Source: Antechinus flavipes | Lineage: Eukaryota | Direction: 5' to 3' | NCBI RefSeq assembly: GCF_016432865.1 | Contig: NC_067399.1 | Location: 525,016,001-525,080,000 of the forward strand | DNA length: 64,000 bases | Shown: positions 52,721 through 64,000 of the stretch, one piece after another | Numbering within the stretch: position 1 is the stretch's first letter | Layout of the letters: every line of letters begins with the position of its first letter | Notes under the pieces: generated by a model | The model's input: only the letters and a program-made list of their open reading frames with translations | The model's database searches: none | Told to the model about the DNA's origin: nothing | Made by a program: the position numbers and the translations under genes

Positions 52721-53342
52721 ATCAATATACTCCATTATATGTCATTATCATTTATATTCCTTATGGGCACTCTAACTAAATAGTACACATTCTTTTTTTT
52801 CCTCTCCCATATGTACCAGCAGGAAATCAGAAAATGTATTCCAGGCAATTGAATGTTCATGTAACAACCCTAACGACCCAAGTATTTCATATTTTAATAC
52901 AGTAATATATTTTTCTGAGTGCCAAAAGGAACCTATTAGAGACATGCCTTTCTATATGGACTTAAGATCCCATGAGGCTTGTGTCATTAGCCTTTTCAAC
53001 TCCGAGAACTGTTTTTTGATGAAGACAGAATTCCCAATTTTCAGAAATGGCTTAAATTGAACAGGAAAATCCAGTATATGTTAATTAGCTCTTGGGACTA
53101 CAGAGTTACAGAGCTAGAAGGGATGTTGGGGGCCTTCTAGTCCAACCTATTTCTGACCATCTCATCCCAGTAAGATAGGTATATACAGCAAAACCAAAAT
53201 AAAACCAAGAAGTAAAGCACACAATTGATCAAATGATTTCTATATTTTAATAAGGCTTTTTAATTTTTTGTTCATTTGCTCAATTTTATTCTCTTTTTTT
53301 TCTTTCATCAGATAATGTCTTTACACATTAAGAATTTGGCCT

Positions 53343-54437
53343 CTCATTTCCAAAATATATAGAGAATTAACTCAAATTTATAAGAAATCATGCCATTCTC
53401 CAATTGATTAATGGTCAAAGGATATTTGACAGGCAATTTTCAGATGAAGATATTGAAACTATTTCTAGCCATATGAAAAGGTGCTCTAAATCATTATTGA
53501 TTAGAGAAATGCAAATTAAGACAACTCTGAGATACCACTACACACCTGTCAGATTGGCTAAAAAGACAGGAAAATATAATGATGAATATTGGAGGGGATA
53601 TGGGAAAACTGAGACACTGATACATTGTTGGTGGAACTATGAACAGATCCAACCATTCTGGGGAACAATTTGGAACTATGCTCAAAAAGCTGAAAAACTG
53701 TAAATACCCTTTGATTCAGCAGTGTTATTATTGGGCTTATATTCCAAGGAGATCTGAAAAAAGGGAAAGGGCCCCACATGTACAAAAATATTTGTGGCAG
53801 CCCTTTTTGTAGTGGTTAGAAACTGAAAACTGAATGGATACCCATCAACTGGAGAATGGCTGAATGAATTGTGGTATATGAATGTTATGGAATATTATTG
53901 TTCTGTAAGAAATGAGCAGTAGAATGATTTCAGAGAGGCCTGGAGAGACTTACACGAACTGATGCTAAGTGAAATCAGCAGAACCATGAGATTATTATAC
54001 ACGGCAACAGATTATATGATGATCAACTCTGATGGAGATGTCTCTCTTCAACAGTGAGATGATTCAAATCATTTCCAATTGTTCAGTAATTAAGTGAATT
54101 AGCTATACCCAAAGACAGAACTATGGGAAATGAGTGTGGACCACAACATAGTATTTCCACCCTTTCTGTTATTGTTTGCATTCATTTTTGTTTTCCTTCT
54201 CAGGTTTTTTTCTTTCTTTCTGGAGCTGATTTTTCTTGTGCAGTAAGATAATTGTATAAATATGTATACATATATTGAATTTAACATATACTTTAACATA
54301 TTTAACATGTATTGGACTAGTCTGCCATCTAGGGAAGGAGGTGGGGGGGAAGGAGAGGAAAAGCTGGAACAGAAGGTTTTGCAAGTGTCAATGTTGAAAA
54401 ATTACCCATTCATATGTGTTGTAAATTTAAAAAAAAT
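53343..54437 (+). mobile_element. 5'-truncated L1 (ORF2 C-terminus plus 3' UTR) with TSD
   Basis: TSD AATTTGGCCT at 53333-53342 and 54438-54447 (13 bp with one mismatch); TT/AAGA nick site; ORF 53404-53703 is ORF2-like (QFSDEDIETISSHMKRCSKSLLIREMQIKTTLRYHYTPVRLA) with disabling mutations. Confidence 0.95.
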
Positions 54438-56830
54438 AATTTGGCCTTTATGGTTCCTTAGGCAGTATATGGAAAGAACATCAGAATGGGATTCAGGAAA
54501 ATTGGGTTTAGATTAAAATTTGGCACTAACTAATGTGATTTTAAACAACTTACTTCTCTTTGATCTACAGTTTCATAATTAATAAAATATTGGGTTTGGA
54601 CAAAATGAACTCTAAGGCTTCTTCTACTTCCATAAATCTTAGGTGCTATGTACGATATATGAATAAAATATGTCCATGGGTGGTGGAGGTACTTAACACT
54701 GCTCTCAAACCTAACTTTTCAGGCCTAACCTGAGGAAAAAAATCTTATTAAACCAGTAGTTGAACTTATAGTCATAGTATGATAGGAATAAGAACTGGAA
54801 GAGATATCAATATAGACCTAGTCTAATCTGCTTACATTACAGATGAGTAAAGTGAGGTCAACAGAAATGACATGATATGTATTTTAGAGAGATATGGGAT
54901 TTGGATTGAGATCTCTTGCTATTGTCATAGGGGCAGCAGGGTACAGTGGAGTGACAGATTTGGAGTCAGATGACCTGGGTTCAGATCAAGTTCTGTTATG
55001 TTTAGCTCCCTGGTTCCTTATCTTTTAAAAAAGGAGTCTGGATCCTGTTCACTTACCAGGTCCTCTTCAAGAAGTCATACTTTCATTTAACTTCAATTTC
55101 CATTGGTCTTCTCATTTTATTTATAGAAAAAACATCACGGTTGATACAATTCCAATTCTTTAGACTAGCCTTAACCTCTAAGGCCCCTTCTAGCTCTAAA
55201 CTGCTGGTCCATAGTAGGGCCTTAAATCCAGGGCCCCAAACACAGCCCATTGCCTCTCAGATTGCAGAACAAATAGTACCAGGAGGAAGAGGCTTCACTT
55301 CCTGTTTGATTGACAAGATTCCTTTCCCAGCCTCTACTGATGGAAAGAAGAGAGGCAAGCAAAAAGCATCCCTGCTGCTTCAGTGGAACAGTAGGCATAG
55401 TTATCTGACTGGCTGCATCTTCCTGTCAAGTATTTCCCCTTATTGTCCACCTGAAAGCAGCAGGGACTCCATGGCATTCAGCTCTGTTTCTTATGAGGCA
55501 CCAAAGGATGGGTTTTGAGTGATAGGTGCTCAACTTTGCTCCATTATTGATAGCCCCTGGGAAAGCTGAAAATTAGGCAAGACCCCCTCTAGTCACTGGC
55601 CAATCAGAGATAGGAATCAACTGCCCAGACAGTTGAAATGGATTAGCTATCCCCAATGAGCACAATTCACCAGGAATTTTGGGCAGCAGAGGCTTTGAAA
55701 ACACAGTTAAATTAAAGAGGGATTTTGGTTTGGGCATTACTCATAGCAGTCATATTCCTGACACCTGAAGAGTGCCTTAAGGTTTGCAAGGTATTTTACT
55801 TATACAATCAGTTTGTTTCTATCATATAACACCCATGTGTGGTAAGCATTATATTTTATAAATGAGGAAATGGGGACTCAATCAACAGCAATTATTAAGC
55901 AGCTGTGCCAGGTAATCATACTCAGAAAAGTTAAATGATTGGCTAAAGGGAAAAAAGGTTAGTTAAATAAAGAGGGAAACAGAATTAAAACTCCTTTCTA
56001 TCCTAATCCATGCCGAGAACTCCATTCTTATACCATACCACTGATTTTAGAATAGCATTGTTTTCCTTTACTTCAGCTAAGTTCCTTGTATATACTCAAG
56101 CACAGACTTGGCAGCAGAGATGGTAGTAAAATCCATTGCTACAGAAGGCATTGGCAAACCACTCTAGTATCTCTGCTGAAAATTCTCCAAATGGGTTCAC
56201 AAAGAATCAGATATGATTGAAAAATGAATTAACAATAAAGTCCAAGATGTAATATTGAGAAGGGCTTTCCAAAACCACCAGTCTTGTAAAAGGACATACT
56301 AAGGACCTAAAGGTTCAATACCCCACTTCTTCTTGCTCCGGCTTATGTTTATAGACATGGTCCAAAATGGAGAAAAATAAATGCTTTTCTATCCCTTTTA
56401 CATGAAGGAGGAGGGTTCTAGCCATATACTACCTTGGAGAAGTGAGGTATATAACTCCATTCTAACCATTACCTTTGCCATAGTGGTCAAAAGCAGAAGG
56501 GAGAACAATCTGTTATCACTCATGATGTATGACTGCAAAAATTTTAAGTTATTAAAATAATATAGGCTTTCCCTTACAGAACAGCCATCTTTTTAAAATA
56601 TCGATCTCGTATAGAACAATAATTATAAATATCGCTCCATTAGCTTCTCTTTGCTTTGGTCCAATCAAATCCTGTATCACATCCCTTTCAGGCTAAGTGA
56701 CCTGTATACTCATGAATCTCTCAAACAATTTATGACAGCAATATGTGAGGCCAGAAATAAGGCTCAATGTTCAGAAATAAGGTTGTATAGCACAAAAAAA
56801 TCACTATTTTGGAGTCAGAGACCTAAGTTT

Positions 56831-57347
56831 CTTTTCTTTCTTTTCTTTTTGAAAAAATTTTAAATTTTATTTGTCCAATTACATGTAATAACAATTTAAA
56901 AATTTTCTTTTTTTAAGTTTTAAGTTTCAAATTCTCTCCTCTCTTTCCTTCTTGAGAAAGCAAGCAATTTGATATAGATTATACATGTGCAGTCAGGTAA
57001 AACATATTTAGCCATGTTGTAAAAGAAAATACAGACCCCCAAAACCAAAAATCCCAAACCCCAAACCAATGGCCCCCTTACCCCCAAGAAGCATAATAAG
57101 AAAAAAGTATGATTTCATTTGTATTCAGGTTCCACCAGTATGTTCTTTAGAGAGGGATAGCATTTTTCATCAAAAGTCCTTCAGAAATGTCTTGGATCAT
57201 TGCATTGTTGAAAAGATCTGAGTTTTGATAGCTGATCATTGAATGATTTTGCTCTTTCTGTAAATAATGTTCTGGCTCTGCTCATTTAACTTTGTTTCAG
57301 TTCATGTAAGTGTTCCCAGGTTTTTCTGAAACTATCCTGCTCATCAT
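56831..57347 (-). mobile_element. Older L1 3' end inserted into a MIR head
   Basis: Probable TSD GAGACCTAAGTTT (56818-56830) / GAGGCCTTAGTTT (57348-57360), two mismatches; L1 3' UTR text. Confidence 0.8.
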
Positions 57348-57544
57348 GAGGCCTTAGTTTTGAATACAAACCCTGCTTCTTCTTGTTTAGGGGTCTTGGG
57401 GAAAGTCACGGTATTTTTTGGCAGCAGTTTTTTCATTTTTAAAATTAAGGGGTTGTAATAGATCATGAAATCTTAGACTTTTTAAAAAAAGTAACTTTGA
57501 GATTAGCATCGTATTGCAATATACTATGAGATGATGAACAATTT

Positions 57545-57702
57545 TGATTTTGACAGTCTAGAAAAGCCTTTGGATCCCTTCTCATAATAATGCTTGACAT
57601 GCTTAAAGTAAATGTATTTACAAAGGAAACCAATTATACTGAAATATAGTTATCAAGATATATGAAAAATAAATTTATGGATAGCAGGTTAAGAATCCCT
57701 GT
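57545..57702. mobile_element. hAT-Charlie MITE fragment
   Basis: Right TIR ggttaagaatccctg; body tacaaaggaaaccaattatactgaaatatagttatc. Confidence 0.65.
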
Positions 57703-58456
57703 ACTAGATTCTCTTTAATCTTTCTATTCACAATTCTCTGAATTTCTTTTTCTCTTGCCATCCTTTATATTGCCTTTCACTTTTCAGTTCCTTTAGATGC
57801 TATTCTTGTTCAAGTATAAAATTCTTGAGAATAGAACTGTCTTCAACTGCCTTGATTTTTTATCTTTATATGCTTACTGCTTAGTACAAAGCCTACCACA
57901 AAGTAAGTTCTTACACGAACTCTCTCTCTCTCTCTCTCCCCCTCCCTCCCTCTTTTTTTCCCTTCCTCCCTCTCCTGTCTTTGTCATCATCATACATCTC
58001 TCTCTATCATATCATATGTCTATCATTGATTAATCTATCTACCTACGTATCTACCTACCTATCTAAATCCTAATTATTTCCTCATCCCAGCTTAATATAC
58101 CTTAGAGTTACCCAGAATGTTATTTCTCCCTCTTGTCACTTATATGTTAGGGAGGATAGAAGAGAAGAATCAGCTTCATCATGGAAGTTTCTATATACCT
58201 ATGATTTAATAAGGCTAAGATTGGAAAAAATCAATCCAATTTACCATGAGGACATAATACTATCTGAGAAGTAGACTTTTAACTCTCTATGTTGGTCTAA
58301 TGGCATTTTTGGTCCCGTGTAGTTTGTTTATAATCTCATAGAGTACTACAATAGGATGCTAGTCTCTGGGTCGACTCACTCAAAATGTTTACAAACAGCT
58401 TGCAGCAAAAAAACAAACAAACAAACAAACAAACATGCAAGAAGTAATTAAAACAA

Positions 58457-58647
58457 GGGGCAGCTAGGTGATGCAGGGGATAGAACACTGGCCCTGAAGT
58501 CAGGAGGAAGTGAGTTCAAATCTGGCCTTAGACACTTAACACGGTTTAGCTGTGTGACCCTGGACAAGTCACTTAACCCCAATTGCCTCAGCAAAAAAAA
58601 AATAAAAATAAAAAAAAAAAAAAGTAAAAAAGAAAGTAAAAAAAAAG
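58457..58647 (+). mobile_element. Young tRNA-derived CORE-SINE (WSINE1-like) with A-rich tail
   Basis: ggggcagctagg head, B box GAGTTCAAATC at 58512-58522, ~55-nt A-rich tail, TSD TTAAAACAA at 58448-58456 and 58648-58656. Confidence 0.9.
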
Positions 58648-60075
58648 TTAAAACAATAATATAAACCAATAAATAATTTAATATCTAATGAATGATACAC
58701 ATTGGAACTCAGATGAGGGACTGGGTTGTTTAAATTTGGGTTGATGAAAGAGGTAAGATTTGAAAAGAGCCATGAAAGATAAATAGAGTTTAGATAAAGA
58801 GAAGCAAGGAGGACATTTCAAGCAAGGAGAATTGCCTTGACAAACGCCTGTCAGAAGGAATGAATATATGTAGAGGATGGCCTGGCTATAATAGAGTAGT
58901 AATAAATATAAAGTAGAAAAGGAAAATTTGGATTGTAGCTTTACAGCTGAAAAGGGCTATCTACTAAAACTCCATCATTTTTATAAAGGAAGAAACAGAT
59001 ATTCAGAGAAATTAGGTTACCCATTCAAGATCACTTAGAAAACAAATGGCAGGAAGGGAATTTGAATACATTTTTTTTTTACTTCAAATCCAGTGTCTTT
59101 TCCTAAATCCATTGTCCATCCATTGAATATAGGATGAGTTGGGATAGTATCTGGTAGATAATAATGGGAAAGTGTAATATTGAAAGTGCTATTATAGAAA
59201 GGGTAAACTCAGAATTGGGTAGGTTGGATAGAAGCAAAAATGGTTATAATCAAATAGACCAGATAAAAGATAATTACATTAAGGTAGGGTAAAGGAATGG
59301 GCAGGAGTGGGAATGAAAAAAAAATGAATAAATTGGAAACATTTCAACAGACTCTACTACCAGTTTGGGGTACCAAAATGAGGATCTAGAGTGACCACCA
59401 CTTCATAGGTCTCTAAGGAGTCCGGATTGAGAGTTAAGACAAATTCCTTAAGAAATCTCTAAGGTTAAATTTAATAGTGTGATGGAATATATCCTAAGGA
59501 CTAAGGAAGTTATGTTCCCTGATTTCTTATACTCGTTTGGTCACTTTTGTGGCTTAAAACTATTGCAAGGATCAGAGCCAGAAACTGAACCAAATGGTTG
59601 GCAAGGAAAGGGGAAATTTGTTGCAAGGGGAATTCCTAATCTTTACAGGTTAGTGTTCTAGAAGTCTGTTTATCATTGTATAAGTCACTTGTGAAGATTA
59701 CTTATAAAGGTAGGTAATTTGACTTTTTGACAACCTTAGGTGCTCTTCTTTTGTAGGGGGCTCTCAACTATAGGGTACAGTAAGGTCCTTCCCCTTTCTT
59801 ATGTAAGCCTTTTATGTGTTGAAAAGATACAGTAAAAGAGTATTTCGTGTGAAATACACAAATAGTTTTGAGAGAACTTGAAACAAACAGTTAATTCTCT
59901 CAGATAAAAGTTTTTGAGACAAGATTCAGAGAGTTCTGAAAGAATTGAATTGAAAGCATGCTTCCTCAAAGGCAACAATATTGAATGATTATGGAAATTC
60001 CTGCAGATGTCATTATGATTTGTTTAAGTTAGATGCACACTGGAAAGGGCTCAGGAGCTACAACTGTGAGTGTAG

Positions 60076-60095
60076 ACACACACACACACACACAC
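60076..60095 (+). repeat. (CA)n microsatellite
   Basis: About 10 CA units. Confidence 0.85.
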
Positions 60096-60760
60096 ATCTG
60101 GAAGAATTGGAGAGGGCATATGATGAAGCTCACTTACGAAGAAGGAAAGTTGTTTCGACTATTCACATGTTAGCTTGAGTACAGATCTTTGTGTTTTTTG
60201 TTGGGCTGAATGAAGTCTATTCTGTGTTCCACATATTGAAATGGATCTGCAATTTCACTTATTGGCATTCTCTCCAAAGCCCTTCTTCAGCTCTTTTGAC
60301 ATTCTGAGGATATCAATGGAATACACAGGCTCATTCTTATTATGTGATGAATTCACCTTCCTTTTTGATCACCCATTTCTTTGATGATACTTTTTACTCT
60401 ATTTCTACATTATAATTCCTTGCTTATAATGTGCAGTACTATGCTCTCACACCATGGAACTGTTTTTTCCCCCTTGGATGATACTTAATTTCAACTATTC
60501 AAATATGATAGTCTTCTATAATTTACAGTCATATAACATCAGAAAATGTTATTAAAAAAACAAATGAAACAAAAAAACATGGTTTTTGCTTTGGGGAAAG
60601 GATTGGGATTATTAGAAGAATTCCGACTTACCAAAAGCATTCCAGACTAGTTTCTCTCCAGTTTAGTTCTAGGAGCCACTCATTTTTTTTTTTTGCAACT
60701 TTCATCCAAGATAGATATGTCTATATTTAAATCTATATCTATACATTGTATATGTATATA

Positions 60761-61005
60761 TGTTGTTGCTTATTCATTTCAATTGTGCCAGACTCTTTGA
60801 GACCCCATATAGGGTTTTCTTGGCAAAGGTACTAGAGCAGTTTGTCATTTATTTCTTCAGCTCATTTTACAGATGAAGAAACAGGCAAACGGGGTTAGGT
60901 GACTTACCCATAATTAAATGGCTAGTAAGTATCTGGAGATGAATTTGAACTCAGGTCTTCCTGACTCTAGGCCCGCACACTCTTCACTATGCCACCTCAC
61001 TGCCT
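60761..61005 (-). mobile_element. MAR1-type SINE
   Basis: RTE-like tail, CORE, gaatttgaactcaggtcttcctgactc. Confidence 0.85.
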
Positions 61006-62519
61006 CATATATATGTTTACATACACATATGGAACATACATGTAATATGTAATATATTTCTTATAATATGTAAGTATACACATTTTTATTCTTCTATCTC
61101 TGTCTTAATTTTGACTTTATTCTAACAAGCCAGTAGTAGCCAATGTCTCTCACAACAATAGAATTGATTATATTTTTGAGATTTTTTTTGAAGTTTACCA
61201 TAATGAGTATAATTTATTTTATCAAAAAACTAATTATGATATATAGGTATAGTCTTTGATTTCTTTCCTTCTTCATAAGCAAGATTTTTTCCCTGTATTT
61301 ATCATGATCTTAATCTATGTCTACCACTGTATTAAAATCACTAAATAAAATAAAAAAGTATATGTCATCTTAAATTGGAGAATCACAGCGAGTTATTCAT
61401 AGATCTAATCTACCTTTCTTTTTCTCTACCAGCTGTTGACTTACAAACTGTTATTTTTCCATGGTGATCTTTTCTTTTAAAAAAAACCACTTATTACAAA
61501 GGTTGCAAAAATGAAAACTACCTGTTTTCTGAAATCATGATGTTTCTGAAATCAATTCCAACAATTCATCTCCAAGTGGAACCTGAGCCCTCTTTCCATT
61601 TAATTTCATCTTCCTTTTTGTCTGATTTTATTTATAGAATGTCAAGATTTATAATGTTCACTTCTTCCAGTGCCATATATGTTTGTTGACCATTGGCCAA
61701 GGAACTCCAATTTAGAATATCAAAAATTGTTGTTTTTTAAAGACATTCTTAAAACTGTTATTCTTAGCATCTTCTATTTTCTTTTCCACTATTTCTGACC
61801 TAACAGGAGATGCATCAGACTGAGGATCATTTTGCATTTTCTTTTGCTTCATGGACTGCTATGATAAGAGAATTCATAGGTGAGTCCTCAGTAGACATAG
61901 CTTGTTGCCAGAACCATACCCCAAAGCTTTTCCAAGATGGTGAAATCTACCAGAGTTTGTACTCACTGAACAACCAAGAATTCACTTAAAGAACCAAGGA
62001 TCAGTGTTAGAATAAGACTAATTTCTAATAGGAATTTCAGGAAGACTTGTTTTATATTTGCTATTTTATTAGACCATATTCTTGCATGGAATCTGAGGTC
62101 CTTTTGTTGTTATAGAGACCTTGATATGAGTTAGATTTTGATGTTAACATGTGAAGTCTTAGAAGGGGACAAAAAGGAAAATGTTGGTGCTCCCTAGAGA
62201 AACTGGAGGGATTTTGAGCCAAAAAATATTGTTGAGATACCTCCAAGATCGAAACTGGTCCATGTAAATCTATAAAGCTTCTTTCCTATGTTTCTGGGCT
62301 CCTAAAGTTTCAGTCAAGACAAGACTAAAATATGCCTGGAAAGTCATATTGAAAAACAGAGAAATTAAAGGATCTAGAGCACCATCGGAGGGATCTTTAG
62401 AGTATTCTAAACCAATCCCCTCATTTTATTGATGAGGAAACTGTAGATTAGAGAGTTTAAATGAAACTTAACTTTATCAACCAAAGATAGTCAATGACTA
62501 GGCTAGAATCTGGCTGATG

Positions 62520-63303
62520 TTACTTGCAAAGGATCTGGGTCTGTCGACACTTGAAAAAAAAAAGGAATCTTTACAAACTATTAAGTCATTAGAATTGATA
62601 GAGACAATAATTATCTAATTTAGCATGGTTCAGTATCACTGATCTGATCTTACAAGGAGATGTTTTGGACCAGAACCTGAAACAAGGTACTAAGTAGAAC
62701 TAATTGATACAATGCTTGTGTTCACACAGTACTCATTGGAGTTCACAAGTATGGGAGATTCACAAAGCAAACTTTGTAATTTTGTGAATTCACACCTCCC
62801 TTAGGTGTGCCTCCAGAAGGAGGAGTCAACCTTTGGGAGATGATATATAAGAAGTGGATTCAGTTGGGAGTTGAGCTGAATTTAGATTGAGAGGGGAGCG
62901 TCAAGTGAGTTCAGCCAGAAGCCCTCTCTGAGTGAGGAGTTTTACTTCCGAACATTGACTGGGGTTGGAGAGGAGCACTCTGGGAGATTGAGAGCCAGAA
63001 GCCCTCTCTCAGAGGCAAGAGAGATTCACCTTTGTGCTGGCTGGAGGCTGAAGGACAAACCTTTGGATTTGGAGACATTCGGAGGGAGCTCTTGGAACCA
63101 AGCAGAGAGATAGGCCTCGAAGCTAACCAGGCACAATGGCATAGTGGCAATAAAAGATCTGAACTTTTAACACCTGGTTGCATTTTGGGTGATTATTACT
63201 TTTAACTGATACTAAGACTGCCTCCAGAAAACCTCCCTGAGAAACCTGCTCTCTCCCCCAGAGAGAACAATATATTATTTTAAAGAAGAACAAGAACTCC
63301 ACA
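62520..63303 (+). mobile_element. ERV solo LTR (~780 bp)
   Basis: Resembles a dasyurid LTR family from memory; TATATAAG at 62844-62851; AATAAA at 63149-63154; internal repeat GCCAGAAGCCCTCTCT twice; ends ...ctccaca. 5' boundary and TSD not resolved. Confidence 0.8.
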
Positions 63304-64000
63304 TTTAGAAATAAAAGATCTTTCTCATTTTACTTTTAACCAGTATCTGATATCTATATTCCTCCAATCTTTTAGCCTCTATTTAAAAATCTATAAAATG
63401 GGACAAGAGTCGTTTATGATGACTATCCCACTGTTGTAAGGAAAATATTTTAGAAAGTGTAAAGCATTATAAAAATGATCATTTTTGTTAGAGAAGTCAC
63501 AGTGAATCTATGGGAACCAAAAATAACATGTTAGTATCATAGTATTTCAGTAGAGCTGGAAAGGGTATTAGATTTTATCTATTTCACTTTGCATATAAGA
63601 AAATAATCTAAGAAGGATTAAATGTCAAACTGAAGCAGTAAGGGGCAGAACCAGAATTCAAACCTAGATTCTCCAACTCCAAGTCTAATATTCTTGCGTC
63701 TTGCCTCCATAGCACTAAAGCAATCAGTTCAAAATTGAAATCTTTACATCTACGAGTTGATGATTAATTGTTTTGATTACCAGTATACATGGTGCCAAAT
63801 GAATATATTGACTAATTTTTCTATTTAATTGACTACTTTTTACTGAATTGTCTGGGAGCTCTGGTGTTAAATATGCTTAGGAAGATGGTGTTATAAAAAG
63901 GATATCAACAATGAATGTAGAACAAAAATCAATAAAGAGAAAAATAATAGTTTAACTTTTAGAACTTAGCAAAGAATATCAAGCTCATCCTAAGGAAGAT

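Noticed and set aside
22127-56692. In-phase chain of minus-strand exons (56692-56578, 47338-47184, 24212-24129, 23270-23223, 22245-22127) giving ~175 aa
   Set aside because: Acceptors were chosen to fit the frame and most are weak; the peptide matches nothing I know; 24129-24212 overlaps a much stronger + strand candidate. Such chains are easy to build by chance.
60137-60310. Minus-strand exon ending at TTC|GTAAGT
   Set aside because: No open frame from any upstream acceptor; a donor alone is insufficient.
1-64000. tRNA, rRNA or snRNA genes, CRISPR arrays, numts, endogenous non-retroviral viral elements, processed pseudogenes
   Set aside because: None recognisable by eye; SINE A/B boxes are the only Pol III signals. 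A translated search against viral proteins would be needed to exclude a decayed viral element.

Overview
AT-rich, CpG-depleted mammalian genomic DNA. The repeat families (young L1 3' UTRs, a WSINE1-like SINE, MAR1 CORE-SINEs, MdoRep1/WALLSI-like SINEs, marsupial solo LTRs) point to a dasyurid marsupial (Tasmanian devil, quoll, dunnart or antechinus type); this is inferred from remembered repeat consensus sequences, not a search. The window is mostly transposable elements of many ages. Five 5'-truncated L1 copies have readable TSDs, one carrying ~850 ORF2 codons broken by a single 1-bp deletion. There are also older L1s, a ~3 kb L3/CR1 copy, many L2 and MIR fragments, hAT MITEs and two solo LTRs. 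Three N gaps are present. I could not recognise any host protein-coding gene. Several short unique segments have good splice signals, mostly on +, but I cannot assign them to a gene or join them convincingly. No tRNA, rRNA or CRISPR array was seen. The most notable unexplained structures are a ~140-bp inverted duplication at 16.7/17.5 kb, one arm of which splits a MIR, and a TE-free, CpG-enriched promoter-like block at 44.4-45.1 kb. I found no convincing new biological system.
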